Shown here in pieces: positions 45,486 to 55,494 of a stretch of 61,564 nucleotides of DNA. This DNA comes from a virus (Duplodnaviria > Caudoviricetes). The notes beneath the pieces were generated by a model, which ran no database searches, was not told the DNA's origin, and saw only the letters and a list, made by a program, of their open reading frames with translations. The stretch spans positions 1 to 61,564 of the IMG/VR virus record IMGVR_UViG_3300042507_004218; one strand, 5' to 3'. The stretch's first letter is position 1; every line of letters starts with the position of its first letter. The position numbers and the translations under genes are program-made.

Positions 45486-46834
45486 GTCAAATCCCAGAAT
45501 GACATGGTCCCGATGGCGTTGTGCGTGCCGGTCAGCGCACGGGCTGCGACGGTGTAAATGTCACTGACCCCTCCCAAGGTAGCACCAAGCTGCAGATCCC
45601 AGTTGTAGTCGCTGCCGTTGGATATTGGCGCAGAGGTCTGCGTAGATGCCAAAACATAACTTGAGAAGACAACCGTGCCTCCGGTCAAGGCAGTTGCAGA
45701 CAGATCTTGCTCCACGTTAGAAGACGAAGAAGCCACCCAAGAGGCTCCGGTCAGCGTCGGGTTCTTGATCAGCGCAACTTCAAACGTCACAGCCGATGTT
45801 GCGGTCGGTAACACAGAGTATCCATCCGGGATCACCACCGCCCCCGTGCGCCCAGTAGCCAGACGAATGGACATCAGTGGAACGAAAGAAGAACCAATGT
45901 TCGTGTTTGCCGCCGTCATGCGGACAACATCAGTAGCAACACGCTTTTCGTAGCCACCCTCAGAAATCACCGTTGAGCAGATTTGACGCAGGCTCCCGGC
46001 ACTGGCCGTCACCCCGGTATTGGTGATCTCGTACCGCACCGGCAAGATGGCGGTGGTCATGTAAACGCGGTCAAGGTTGTTCGCGTTCTGGAAGGTGTGG
46101 CAGATGATCGTCTGGCCGTTGATGATGAACCCGGTACGGACAGAACCCACCCCGAGCCATTCAAAGTCCTGCCAGAAGATCTGCGCCTTGGTGATGTCGA
46201 TGGTAAGCGCGGAGTCCCCCGTGCCGTTGAGTTTGTCGCCGTTCCACTCGGCCTGAGGCACCCTGGTGTCCACTGCGGTGCCCGTCACGTAGGTGCGCCG
46301 CACCATGTACAAGGTCGTGCCGTCAAGCTCGAAAAAGACGCCGTTCTCGGTGTTGAAGTAACCCACCCTGACGCGCTGGTTCTCTTGCGCCGCGCCGATG
46401 ACGAAGGTGTTCATCACCAGAAGCCCCTTACCCGGCTGGTAGGGGAATGACCGATAAGTCTGCCGCACCACCTCCGACCCGCTGCTCGTGGTCGTGGTCA
46501 TGTTGACGGTGGACTCGTTGGCGATGTAGGTCACCGCCCCGCCTGTGGCAGTCGTCTCGCTGAACAGGTCGTTCTTGGCGTAGCGGTTCTGGCTGTCGAA
46601 GAGGGTGTAGGGTTGGCTGAAGCGAGCGCGGCCAAAGGCATCCAGGGCGGTGCCGTAGAAGTTGACGTTTACAGGTTGCGCACTCACGATCAGCCCCAGC
46701 AGGTTGTCGAGTTGGTTGAAGTACAGCCGAAGGACGTTGACAAGCGCATCGAAGTACTTCTGATCGTATTGGGGTGTCGGTTTAGGCAGCGAAGGCGCTG
46801 TAAACCGCTTGATGACGTTGGCCCAGATACTCAC
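45482..46834 (-). CDS. Structural protein (beta-rich)
   Basis: LRLYFNQLD N-terminus, DAFGR, YQPGKG, EWLGVGSVRTGF. Confidence 0.6.
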   Translation of the reverse strand: MSIWANVIKRFTAPSLPKPTPQYDQKYFDALVNVLRLYFNQLDNLLGLIVSAQPVNVNFYGTALDAFGRARFSQPYTLFDSQNRYAKNDLFSETTATGGAVTYIANESTVNMTTTTSSGSEVVRQTYRSFPYQPGKGLLVMNTFVIGAAQENQRVRVGYFNTENGVFFELDGTTLYMVRRTYVTGTAVDTRVPQAEWNGDKLNGTGDSALTIDITKAQIFWQDFEWLGVGSVRTGFIINGQTIICHTFQNANNLDRVYMTTAILPVRYEITNTGVTASAGSLRQICSTVISEGGYEKRVATDVVRMTAANTNIGSSFVPLMSIRLATGRTGAVVIPDGYSVLPTATSAVTFEVALIKNPTLTGASWVASSSSNVEQDLSATALTGGTVVFSSYVLASTQTSAPISNGSDYNWDLQLGATLGGVSDIYTVAARALTGTHNAIGTMSFWDLT

Positions 46835-48708
46835 GATTTACGCCCGTCTGGTCGAATGTCGATTCGCGGCGCACCAAGCTGCCACTGAACCCCAAGCTCA
46901 TCCGAAGCGATCTTCATGGACATCTGCCTGCCACGGACCCGGATATTGACCTGCCCGGTGAACTGCTCCACAGGAACCGTTGCGCTGCGAATGACAGGAA
47001 AAGCGTTGCTCCCCGCCACAGACATATTCGAGCTTGTGCTTGGCACTGGCGTGATGCCCCGGGTGTACCCTGAACCCGAATTCTGTAGCGGGAACAGGCT
47101 GAGCGTAGCACGCGGCGCTGAAGCTGTCGAGCCTCGGAAGGTGATGTCCGGGAGCACCCGCCAGACGAAACCGAAGTTGTGCCCGTCGTCGATGTCAAAC
47201 TCAGACGAGGTGATGTATGCGTTGATCGGCACAGGCGTGCCCGACTCATTGTCGTCTACCTCGTACTCCTGGTATAGCAGTCGTTGGCCATTTGCGGAGA
47301 TTGGGTAGCTGCTGATAATGCCGGCATCGATCCAAGCGGTTCTGGACAGGTTGCCGTAATACCAGACCTTCTCAAGGTAGTTGTAGACAACGTATTTGTC
47401 GATGGTGGTAGAACCCGACGAGCAATAGAACCACCAGATCTCATTGAACTGCTCTACCGTGGCAGCGAAAGTCTGTTGAGTCTGGTTGAAGTTGTAGTTG
47501 CGGAAGACGTATTCCCGCACATCGCAGGGCAGCGTTTGCACGCGCCCGTCGTACATGTAGAACTTCTCCTCGCCCATCCAGTAGGTGACGCCCGCAGCAA
47601 CGATACAGGCCCGGTCGCTCACGATGGAGACGTTGTCGGCCAAGATCTGCGTGCCCCAGACGATGGGCGGGCCGAGGTACTGGAGAGAGTACAGCGAGGT
47701 GTCCGTCCAGACCAGAATCTCCTGACGTACCTGGAGCACAGCTTGAATTTCGCTGCCGTGGGACAGCCGCACACTACCCGCTTGGTTCGTCGCCGCAGGG
47801 GTCCAGTTGACTGCACTCTCCTGATCAGACCACCGGATCAGCATGGGGTCGAGCGTGATGCTGCCGTAGTCCGTACAGCCAAACGCCAGGACGAAGCGCG
47901 AGGTGTCGGAGACGATCAGCAGGTTGTGCAGTGCCGGAACGTCGGACGCGCCGGGAAGGGACGAGAGTTCCACGCCCCGGGCCGTGAGGCCAGAGGAAGC
48001 GTCCCAGTAGTACATGGCCCCACCCTTGGGGCCGAAGATCAGGTCTTCGCCGAAGTTCTGGTTGTTCCAGATTCGCAGTGGTTGCGCGGTCAGCGAACCT
48101 GACCCCCAAGACCCAGAGCCCCACGAGCCACCACCCCAGCCAGTGGCGGGGTACTGAATGGCGCCGCCTGTGTTGACCTGATACGCGCCCGTGACCGCAA
48201 CACCGCCCGTCGTACCCGCAGCCACCACGCTGCTGGTGGTGATGGAGTAGTTGTTGACATCGATGTAGGTGATCTGGAATTGAGCGTTCAGAAGGGAAGC
48301 GTAGGTGCCGGTGACCCCACTGAAGGTCACGAAGTCCCCGTTCAGGGCTCCGTGGAGAGGATCATTGACGATGACCGTCGTTGTACCGTCACCAGTAAAG
48401 GGATTGTTGGGCAGGCTGCGCGTAGCACGGAGGGGCGTGATATCGTTGTATGCCCCGCCGTACATGATGTAGTACTTGAGATTGGTGCCCATCCCAAGAT
48501 AGATAGCCGCAGAGAACGTAGTCCACGGCCACATGGAACGGCAAACACCAAGGAAGGTGTTGTTGGACAACTGCGTCCAGCCCCCGATCTTTTCCGGGGT
48601 GCCGTAACGGAACCTGACCTTGTCGCAGTCATACCAGCCACCTTCAGTGGTATACCGGGTATTCTCCCTGTTTACCCCAGGTTTGAAGATGATTTTCTTC
48701 AGCGGCAT
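46831..48708 (-). CDS. Tail hub/stabilisation protein (P22 gp10 / tubular-B-like)
   Basis: 625 aa beta-propeller-like (PEKIGGW, IRWSDQE, YMYDGRVQTLPC, GRQMSMKI). Confidence 0.65.
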   Translation of the reverse strand: MPLKKIIFKPGVNRENTRYTTEGGWYDCDKVRFRYGTPEKIGGWTQLSNNTFLGVCRSMWPWTTFSAAIYLGMGTNLKYYIMYGGAYNDITPLRATRSLPNNPFTGDGTTTVIVNDPLHGALNGDFVTFSGVTGTYASLLNAQFQITYIDVNNYSITTSSVVAAGTTGGVAVTGAYQVNTGGAIQYPATGWGGGSWGSGSWGSGSLTAQPLRIWNNQNFGEDLIFGPKGGAMYYWDASSGLTARGVELSSLPGASDVPALHNLLIVSDTSRFVLAFGCTDYGSITLDPMLIRWSDQESAVNWTPAATNQAGSVRLSHGSEIQAVLQVRQEILVWTDTSLYSLQYLGPPIVWGTQILADNVSIVSDRACIVAAGVTYWMGEEKFYMYDGRVQTLPCDVREYVFRNYNFNQTQQTFAATVEQFNEIWWFYCSSGSTTIDKYVVYNYLEKVWYYGNLSRTAWIDAGIISSYPISANGQRLLYQEYEVDDNESGTPVPINAYITSSEFDIDDGHNFGFVWRVLPDITFRGSTASAPRATLSLFPLQNSGSGYTRGITPVPSTSSNMSVAGSNAFPVIRSATVPVEQFTGQVNIRVRGRQMSMKIASDELGVQWQLGAPRIDIRPDGRKS

Positions 48709-48722
48709 GGCTGCACCCTAAA

Positions 48723-48893
48723 TCAGGCATTGCGCTTCTTGTCCCAGACGGACCAAGCCACGCCGGCCAGCGTAGCCACGGCACCGGCTACTGCGTTGAT
48801 GGTGTCACCGTCCAAGCCCCAAGAGACCAGAAGACCGCCGCCGACAGTGGTCAGAGCGTGGCGGACGAGAGCGGTAATCATTGTTGCGTTCAT
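48723..48893 (-). CDS. Putative holin (2 TM, 56 aa)
   Basis: MNATMITALVRHALTTVGGGLLVSWG...AVAGAVATLAGVAWSVWDKKRNA, close to the endolysin gene. Confidence 0.65.
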   Translation of the reverse strand: MNATMITALVRHALTTVGGGLLVSWGLDGDTINAVAGAVATLAGVAWSVWDKKRNA

Positions 48894-49183
48894 AGGATCT
48901 CCGGTTTACGAAATGCCCGAGAGGGGATCACGGATGCGCTCCCATCGAGCCATGCGATTTGAACAGACTCCTCCACCAGAATCCAGCACCCTGGGACTCG
49001 GATCTTGTCCTCGATGAAGACTGCCCAGCGGGCGGTCCCTACGCAGGGGCCGGGTTCACGGTGAAGCTCTACGCGGGTGTCCCCCGCTCGGACCTCGGCA
49101 ATGGGCCCCAGGCCATCGCCCATGACGCTGCCTGAAACACTACCCGCCAGGAGCAGAGCGAACAAGGCAGCGGAGGGGCGCAT
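48890..49183 (-). CDS. Small exported protein in the lysis cassette
   Basis: Signal peptide MRPSAALFALLLAGSVSG, two Cys. Confidence 0.6.
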   Translation of the reverse strand: MRPSAALFALLLAGSVSGSVMGDGLGPIAEVRAGDTRVELHREPGPCVGTARWAVFIEDKIRVPGCWILVEESVQIAWLDGSASVIPSRAFRKPEIL

Positions 49184-49184
49184 A

Positions 49185-49661
49185 TCACATCTCCATGATG
49201 TCGCAGCAGCGGCGGGTCCATCCGCGCCCGAAAGCACCGAAGGTGTTGAGGTTGGTCAGGAAGCGCAGGCGTTGGGAAATGAGCCGTGCCCGCAGTGCGT
49301 CCGGGTTGGCCGCGTTGGCAGCCGCCAGTGTGCGGGGGCCGAGCACGCCGTCATCAGCCACACCAAGGGCCCGCTGGAGCCACAGGATGGACTGCCGCAC
49401 CCCGGAGTTCACCGCAGCATCGAAGACCGCGTAGCGCACCGCAGCGGGCAGTTCATCGGCCCGGACAGGCTTCCAGTACTCCTCCAGGTAGATACGCTTG
49501 GCGAGGTCCACAGGAAGGTCCTGCATGGCCCCTTTGTAGCCGACGCGACGGGCGACGGCTTCCGTGATGCCCATGTTGGTAGCCGCACCCGGGTCGAGGG
49601 GATGATGAACATACCCCCCTTCCGCTTTCAGGACATGCTGAAAGGCTGCGTCGAACTGCAT
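49185..49661 (-). CDS. Endolysin, glycoside hydrolase family 108
   Basis: EGGYVHHPLDPGAATNMGIT, FDAAVNSG, LQRALGVADDGVLGPRT, FGRGW. Confidence 0.9.
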   Translation of the reverse strand: MQFDAAFQHVLKAEGGYVHHPLDPGAATNMGITEAVARRVGYKGAMQDLPVDLAKRIYLEEYWKPVRADELPAAVRYAVFDAAVNSGVRQSILWLQRALGVADDGVLGPRTLAAANAANPDALRARLISQRLRFLTNLNTFGAFGRGWTRRCCDIMEM

Positions 49662-49663
49662 GA

Positions 49664-49825
49664 TCAGTCCGTCAGCCCGGCGGGCTCGGGGGTCTTGACT
49701 TGGGGAGCGGCCTGGGCCTGGATCTCCTGCACGATCTGGAACACCTCACCGTACGGGCGGGTGCCAAGGTACTGGAGGAGGCCGTTGATCAGGGACAGCT
49801 TCAGGGTGACGTCTTGGTCTTGCAT
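49664..49825 (-). CDS. Small hypothetical protein (53 aa)
   Basis: GAGGA RBS; LINGLLQYLGTRPYGEVFQIV. Confidence 0.65.
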   Translation of the reverse strand: MQDQDVTLKLSLINGLLQYLGTRPYGEVFQIVQEIQAQAAPQVKTPEPAGLTD

Positions 49826-49834
49826 GATGGTTCC

Positions 49835-50176
49835 TCAAAAGGACGGGTTGACAGCCGTAAGCCACGGCAGGGGCGGTTGAATGACCGGGGGGTTCTTCTG
49901 ATTCTCGATCTGCTGCGCCACGTTGGCTTCGGTAGCCTCCTTCGGCACACCAGAGCCCCAGCACCACGACAGAACCATGTCCTGCGTCAGTTCGTTGTAC
50001 GGCGTGAAGTCGCCGTTCTCGTCGGGTTCTTGGGTGAATGAGCAGGTGCCGTAGACGGTGCCGGAAAAAGCGCCGTCAGTGCCGTTGCAGCGCCAGCCGC
50101 ACTCGATCACGTATTCGGGCGGGGTTGCCGTGGTCGGCGTGGTCTTGAGCCAGTCGATAGTCCAGGTCGGGGTCAT
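49835..50176 (-). CDS. Tail-fibre-associated protein (possible chaperone)
   Basis: FTPYNELTQDMVLSWCW...PPLPW; AAAGGA RBS. Confidence 0.65.
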   Translation of the reverse strand: MTPTWTIDWLKTTPTTATPPEYVIECGWRCNGTDGAFSGTVYGTCSFTQEPDENGDFTPYNELTQDMVLSWCWGSGVPKEATEANVAQQIENQKNPPVIQPPLPWLTAVNPSF

Positions 50177-50187
50177 GGTGGTTCCTT

Positions 50188-50676
50188 TCAGGGTTGACGG
50201 GCATATTGCCCATGAAATTTGAGACGCGCTTCTGTAGCTACTAGACCAGCAAGTTCAAGGTCTTTGAAGTACCCGACCATGTGCGTCTTGCCGTTCTTCA
50301 TCACGCGCACTACCCATGCTTTACTTGCTTTGTGCCATGACACGCCGGGGTGCCCCGAGGTGTTACTGGCAAGCGCGGGGCGGTTGCACTGGTTCTCGCT
50401 GCGGTTTGCAGCCCGCAGGTTCTCAATCCTGTTGTCTGCACGGTCGCCATTGATGTGGTCAATCTCTGGCGGCAGATACCCATGGTGCATCAGGAAGATC
50501 AGCCGATGCGCCTTGTGAACCTTGCCCATCCATGTGATGTGGCGGTATCCAGTCTTGTGCAGTGACCCAGCGGGCTTATCAATCCAACGTGATTTGTTTG
50601 GATGCGTCACCCCGCGCCAGTACAAGGTTCCGTCCCTGTACTCAAAGCAGTCGGCAACTTGTGTTTGAGTGATCAT
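50188..50676 (-). CDS. HNH-AP2 homing endonuclease
   Basis: HKAHRLIF...IDHINGDRADNRIENLR followed by an AP2 domain (NTSGHPGVSW...GYF). Confidence 0.88.
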   Translation of the reverse strand: MITQTQVADCFEYRDGTLYWRGVTHPNKSRWIDKPAGSLHKTGYRHITWMGKVHKAHRLIFLMHHGYLPPEIDHINGDRADNRIENLRAANRSENQCNRPALASNTSGHPGVSWHKASKAWVVRVMKNGKTHMVGYFKDLELAGLVATEARLKFHGQYARQP

Positions 50677-52832
50677 GTTGCATTCGTCGTTGCCAGCAGG
50701 TAGTACACCGTACCGTTGACCTTGATAGCGATCTTGTGCGTCACAGTAACATTGGTGATGCCCGCACCAGTTACGCCAGAGCCTTCGCAGTAAACGGCGG
50801 GGATAGTGTTTCCGGCGCTGAGATCAACCGAGTAAACCTGCACCGTGTCCGCCGGGCCGGTAGAAGGTTCGGTTCCCGATCCAACACTCAGAACACCGAC
50901 GGCGCTTGTGCCAACCGATGTGGTGTTAAGTGCAAGGTTACGGTTAGCGTCTAACGTAAGCGCCTGCGTGAACGAGATGGCATTGCCTGCGGTGCCGCCT
51001 GCTGACACATACCATGCGTGAGTGCTACCGCCATTTGCGCCGGTCATTTCGTACCGGGCTGCACCTACGCTGCTGGACTGATATAGCCAGTTAGTGCCGT
51101 TCCAGTAGGCGGCATGAGTCATATCACTGGCGGTGCTGCCAGCAGCACGACAAGACAACGCAGCACCAAACCCTACTTGCGCCGCTGTTGCAAGACTCCA
51201 AGCACTCGGCGTCACCCCCAAGCCGAGGTTGCCGGAGGAGTCGAGGCGCATACGTTCGGTAGCATTAATATCAAAACGCATTGCCGTTGCGCCCTCAGTG
51301 CCAATGGCAACAAGGCCAGTATCCCAAGTTAAATAGCCACTATTAGAACGACCGGAAGCTGTTATTACTTGACCCCATCGAGTTACACCGCCGCTAGAAA
51401 CACCAAACCTTGTCCCAACTTGAAATTGATTTTCAGGCGAACTCGTCCCAATCCCCAGACCTGTGGAGGTCAGCACCATCTGATCTGACCCGCCGCCAGC
51501 GACAAACCCTAACTTGTCTGCTGCGGGGAAAAAGATGCCGGTGTTAGTGTCAGAGGTGTAAGAGAAAACAGGATCAGCGTTAGTGCCAGCAATAGAAGAC
51601 TTCAGACCTGTGGAGGTCAGGCGCATTTGTTCGGAGCCAGATGCGTTAAAATACAGCCCACCAGCCCCCATGTAAACGGATTCAGCAGCGACCAGTGACG
51701 CGCCGTTAAAGATGCCGCTGTATGTGCTGTCAGAGTAAGTCCGCAGCTTTGTTGCTGCGGCCCCGAAAATACCCGTGCCGCTAACAGCAAAATTCGTCCC
51801 ATCAAACGTCAGCGCACTCCCGCTTGTCGCCACCTTGGACCCGTTGAGATACAGCACGCCGTTGGCGGTGCCTGCTGAGAGCGTGGGATTGGCGACCAGG
51901 GTCAGCGTGCTGCTGTTGAGCCGCATCTGCTCAACATCATTGATGGCAAACACCAGCGGCACGTTACCGCCCGTGCTGACATAAGCCGCCGCAGAACCGA
52001 CGGCATACATATCCAGCCTGCGAGTACCACTTTGGTCAAAAAACCTCAGAAGACCGTTGTTGCCGTCACTGGAAGACGTTATGCGTACATTCGTCCCGCC
52101 CGTGGTAGTGCCGACCAGGAGGCTGGAGCCATCAAAAGCAAGGCTTGCACTGTCCGTCTGCGCCCCGCCCGTGGTGCTGTAGACCAGCCTCGTCGGCGTC
52201 AGGCTGGTGTTGGTGATGGACGAAGACGACACCCCCGTCAGACCCGTCAGACTCGTCACCCACTGCGGAGCACTCCCGGAAGAGGTGAGGACGCGGTTGG
52301 CTGCACCGATGCCGAGCTTGCTCAGGGCCGTGGTACCTGTGGCGTACAGGAGATCACCAGCGGTGTAGCTCGACTGCCCCGTGCCGCCCGAAGCGGCTGC
52401 CAAGGCCGTGCCAAGCGTCAAGGACGCCATCGCGTTGAACGTTTCAACAACGTCCGTACCATTGCAATACAGGAACCTGTACTGGCCCGCAGGCACTGCA
52501 ATCCCGGTGCCGCTTAGCGTCTTCAGCGTCAGCGTTTGGTTCGTGTCATTGCGGAAGACATAGAACTTGCTGGCAGCGGGGCAGATGACGTTCCTGCTTG
52601 CTCCTGGCGTTCCGGTTGCCACAATGAACATCTTGCGGGCCTCATTGGCCGCAGAGCCATCCCCGTTGCTCAGGGTGTAATCGCTGCCCCCTACCGTGAT
52701 GGTCGTGGTCCCGGCAACAGCCTCAGACAAAGGTGTCGTGATGGCGTTATTGACCGTCGTGCCCCAGGTACCTGAAAGCTCACCAGTGGCCGGGAGTTCC
52801 AGTTTCAGAAGAGGGGTAAATGAAGAAGGCAT
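50673..52832 (-). CDS. Tail fibre / receptor-binding protein
   Basis: G/T/S-rich; GELSGTWGTTVN anchor; repeated EQMRL/ERMRL(D/T)S(S/T)G motifs. Confidence 0.8.
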   Translation of the reverse strand: MPSSFTPLLKLELPATGELSGTWGTTVNNAITTPLSEAVAGTTTITVGGSDYTLSNGDGSAANEARKMFIVATGTPGASRNVICPAASKFYVFRNDTNQTLTLKTLSGTGIAVPAGQYRFLYCNGTDVVETFNAMASLTLGTALAAASGGTGQSSYTAGDLLYATGTTALSKLGIGAANRVLTSSGSAPQWVTSLTGLTGVSSSSITNTSLTPTRLVYSTTGGAQTDSASLAFDGSSLLVGTTTGGTNVRITSSSDGNNGLLRFFDQSGTRRLDMYAVGSAAAYVSTGGNVPLVFAINDVEQMRLNSSTLTLVANPTLSAGTANGVLYLNGSKVATSGSALTFDGTNFAVSGTGIFGAAATKLRTYSDSTYSGIFNGASLVAAESVYMGAGGLYFNASGSEQMRLTSTGLKSSIAGTNADPVFSYTSDTNTGIFFPAADKLGFVAGGGSDQMVLTSTGLGIGTSSPENQFQVGTRFGVSSGGVTRWGQVITASGRSNSGYLTWDTGLVAIGTEGATAMRFDINATERMRLDSSGNLGLGVTPSAWSLATAAQVGFGAALSCRAAGSTASDMTHAAYWNGTNWLYQSSSVGAARYEMTGANGGSTHAWYVSAGGTAGNAISFTQALTLDANRNLALNTTSVGTSAVGVLSVGSGTEPSTGPADTVQVYSVDLSAGNTIPAVYCEGSGVTGAGITNVTVTHKIAIKVNGTVYYLLATTNAT

Positions 52833-52841
52833 TTCAGAACC

Positions 52842-53447
52842 TCACGTTTGTATGTCGTTCCACCCGGGAGTTTGCGGGTTATTCACATCGGTCCAGCCGG
52901 GAGTCTGAGGGTTGCTCACCGCGCTCCACCCAGGGGTTTGAGCATTGGGCACATTGGTCCAGCCGGGGCTCTGCCCGTTTGAGATATTCTGCCAGTTGGG
53001 GCTCTGGCTGTCATCTATTGGATTCCACAGATACCCGGCGCTGAACAGGTCCGCCCCGGTAGCACCCTCGCTGATCGAGGCCTTGAACGTGACCAGCGCC
53101 CCGACCGCATCAGAGCCTGCGGCCCCCTCAGCAACGCTCGCCGCAAAGCGAACCTGCGCCTGGAAGGCGTCTGAGCCCGTGGCCCCGTCACTGACCGCCA
53201 CCTGGAAGACAACAAGCCCCACCGGGCTGTCCGAGCCCGTAGCGCCCTCGGAGATGGCAGACTGAAGGGTCGCCTGGGTTGTAGTGCTGTCAGCCCCTGT
53301 AGCGAGTTCGCTGACGGCGGCTTGGAAAGTCGCCTGGGTTGCGGCGGCGTCCGCCCCCGTTGCGGCTTCAGAGACACTCCGGTCATAGACCGACATCCCC
53401 CAGCCAGCTTGCCCCCAGGTGCCGGAGCCCCAGCCGCCTTCGGACAT
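52842..53447 (-). CDS. Repeat-containing structural protein
   Basis: Six ~21-aa S(E/D)xAxGxD repeats and five 11-aa Q(S/T)PxW repeats. Confidence 0.7.
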   Translation of the reverse strand: MSEGGWGSGTWGQAGWGMSVYDRSVSEAATGADAAATQATFQAAVSELATGADSTTTQATLQSAISEGATGSDSPVGLVVFQVAVSDGATGSDAFQAQVRFAASVAEGAAGSDAVGALVTFKASISEGATGADLFSAGYLWNPIDDSQSPNWQNISNGQSPGWTNVPNAQTPGWSAVSNPQTPGWTDVNNPQTPGWNDIQT

Positions 53448-53449
53448 GA

Positions 53450-53968
53450 TCAGGCCGCATCGAGGCTGAACGTGTAGGTCAGCACCAGCACATCACCAGA
53501 GACCACCGAGCGGTCTCCAGGAGCGGCAAAGTCCGCAGCGGAGAACAACGTCCCCGTGCCACCGCCCTTGGTGTTGCTGCTGGTCAGGAACGCCCCACCG
53601 ATGGTCGCCGTTGCGTTGATGTTGAACTGGGCCGGGGACAGCGTGTTGCTGATGACCGAAGGGTCGGCAGTGGTCGCCGTGCCGAAGTTGCACTGAGGCC
53701 GCGTGGCGTTGCTGTAGCCCGTCTCTTCAGTCCACCCCGTATGGAGCGCCATGGTGTCACCAGCAGCGGGACTGTTGGTCGCGCCAGACCCGTACAGCCC
53801 GAGATACCACGCAGTGATCTGGGTGCCCCCGGCGAAGTACACCGCGTTCATGGTCTGCAGGCCCTGATTCACCACGAGGTTGTGGGACTCCGCGTCCCAC
53901 TTCAGCGCACCTTCAGAATCGAAGCACTGCAGCTTGAACACGCCTCCGGCTTTGGCTTTTTCAATCAT
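53450..53968 (-). CDS. Structural protein
   Basis: HNLVVNQG...GTLFSAADF...GDVLVLTY; GGAG RBS. Confidence 0.65.
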   Translation of the reverse strand: MIEKAKAGGVFKLQCFDSEGALKWDAESHNLVVNQGLQTMNAVYFAGGTQITAWYLGLYGSGATNSPAAGDTMALHTGWTEETGYSNATRPQCNFGTATTADPSVISNTLSPAQFNINATATIGGAFLTSSNTKGGGTGTLFSAADFAAPGDRSVVSGDVLVLTYTFSLDAA

Positions 53969-53977
53969 CTTGGACTC

Positions 53978-54394
53978 CTAAGCAAAGCGCAGCAGCGCCG
54001 TGGTGGCTGTGGGCTGCGGTAGCGTGATGGTGAACGTGCCTGATGCGGTCTTGTCAGCACCGAAGTCAATCACCGCAATGGCCCGGTTGGCCTTGCTGGT
54101 GTTGTAGATCAGCCCGCCCCGGCATGTAAACGATGCACCAGTCCACACCGGGTTGTTGAAGGTGACATATGCAGTGGTGCCAGAAAGCAGGACTTGGACC
54201 CCGGTAAGGATCTCACCGCCTACGGTGTACCCCGCGCCAACAACCTCCTGGGAAGCTGTGTAAACCGTCGTTGCCTGACTCAAGTCAGCCTGCCCCGTGT
54301 AAAGAGCAAACTTCAAGACATCAGTATCCAGGTCGTGGATACCTAGCCAGGATTCCTGCTTGAAGGAAGAGCAAAGGCCCTGAAGGATTGCCAT
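53978..54394 (-). CDS. Structural protein
   Basis: SFKQE...LKFALY...GGLIYN...VIDFGADKT. Confidence 0.65.
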   Translation of the reverse strand: MAILQGLCSSFKQESWLGIHDLDTDVLKFALYTGQADLSQATTVYTASQEVVGAGYTVGGEILTGVQVLLSGTTAYVTFNNPVWTGASFTCRGGLIYNTSKANRAIAVIDFGADKTASGTFTITLPQPTATTALLRFA

Positions 54395-55051
54395 TTACTT
54401 CACCGGATACCTTACCTGCCCAGACCTGTACGCATCCTGCCGGTTCTTTGCATCGCCAAGCTGTTTGAGCAACTCAAACGACTCATTGAACTGCGCGGCA
54501 TACAACTGCACCGTATCTTGCTCTGCCTTCATAAACCGCGCTGCTTCTACCAAGACAGCGTTCAACAAGACGCTCTCGAAGTTATCGCCAAGCCAGGACG
54601 TACCCGCCGTGACGATGCTCTCCGGATAGTAGAAGTAGTGCAGTTCTGCCGACAGCCCAGAGGTGGGCGTGGGGCCGAGGATGAAGGTCAACTCGGTGGG
54701 CAGATTGAAGACGGGTCCGAAGATAGCGTAGTACCTTGGCGTGCCCTCAGTGGCGGGATCGGGGTAGCTCTCCCGGATGAAGTTCACATCCTTGTTCAGG
54801 AGATAGCTGTACTTCCCTGTCCCGTCGATGACCGCCAAACTGAAGACCGACAGAAAGTCATTTGGCGTGGTCAGGTACTTGTTTCCCTGGCTCAGAACAC
54901 CAGTGACGTTCTTGCGCAGCGCCGGAAGCTGAACCGCGTTGTAGATCTTCTGCTCAGCCACCTTCGTCATGGTGGCAAAGTCAGTTGCCGAGAACGTGTT
55001 CTCGGTGTAGTCCTCAACCGCCGTCTGAAGCTGCGAGTAGGTCAGAGCCAT
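54395..55051 (-). CDS. Head-tail adaptor/connector protein
   Basis: TYSQLQ...AEQKI...GTPRYYA...LGPTP...ELHYFY. Confidence 0.65.
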   Translation of the reverse strand: MALTYSQLQTAVEDYTENTFSATDFATMTKVAEQKIYNAVQLPALRKNVTGVLSQGNKYLTTPNDFLSVFSLAVIDGTGKYSYLLNKDVNFIRESYPDPATEGTPRYYAIFGPVFNLPTELTFILGPTPTSGLSAELHYFYYPESIVTAGTSWLGDNFESVLLNAVLVEAARFMKAEQDTVQLYAAQFNESFELLKQLGDAKNRQDAYRSGQVRYPVK

Positions 55052-55099
55052 GTTGTAAACCCATCAACCCCAGGTTGTAAACCTACCGGGGCCATGTTG

Positions 55100-55273
55100 T
55101 TAAGCCATCGGCCCCCGGGCCATAAAGCCCTTGGTCTGCGCCTTGCCGCCGCGCACCTTGATGCCGGAGGTCTTCGGCTCAGGGGCAGGGGCACTGGCGA
55201 TGTTGCCCACCACCACACGCGGCATGGGCGCGGGAGCGTTCACCACCGGGGTAGGTACGGACTTGGCCTTCAT
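55100..55273 (-). CDS. Small basic protein (57 aa)
   Basis: Manual translation: MKAKSVP...KTSGIKVRGGKAQTKGFMARGPMA; ATGA overlap. Confidence 0.65.
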   Translation of the reverse strand: MKAKSVPTPVVNAPAPMPRVVVGNIASAPAPEPKTSGIKVRGGKAQTKGFMARGPMA

Positions 55274-55443
55274 TTCTTCCCCTTGCGCCCGACCGGGCCT
55301 TGGTTGGCGGTGCGAGCCATGCCCGCGCCCATCTTGAGCATCATCTCATTGGTCACGCCGCCCTTGGCGAGCTTGGTCTTGGGTTTGTCCGGGTGCATCG
55401 CCGCCTCATGCTTGTGGACGGCTTGTTTGGGTGTCATCTTCAT
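55270..55443 (-). CDS. Small basic protein (57 aa) with LAKGG motif
   Basis: Manual translation: MKMTPKQAVHKHEAAMHP...KLAKGGVT...; AAGGAG RBS. Confidence 0.65.
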   Translation of the reverse strand: MKMTPKQAVHKHEAAMHPDKPKTKLAKGGVTNEMMLKMGAGMARTANQGPVGRKGKK

Positions 55444-55494
55444 GGGTTTCTCCTTCGGGCTGCGCCCGGGTGAATCATACCGCCGACAGGCGGT

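Noticed and set aside
55045-55105. Short GCCATGTTGT / GTTGTAAACC repeats
   Set aside because: Only 2-3 copies of about 10 bp overlapping start and stop regions, too weak to interpret.
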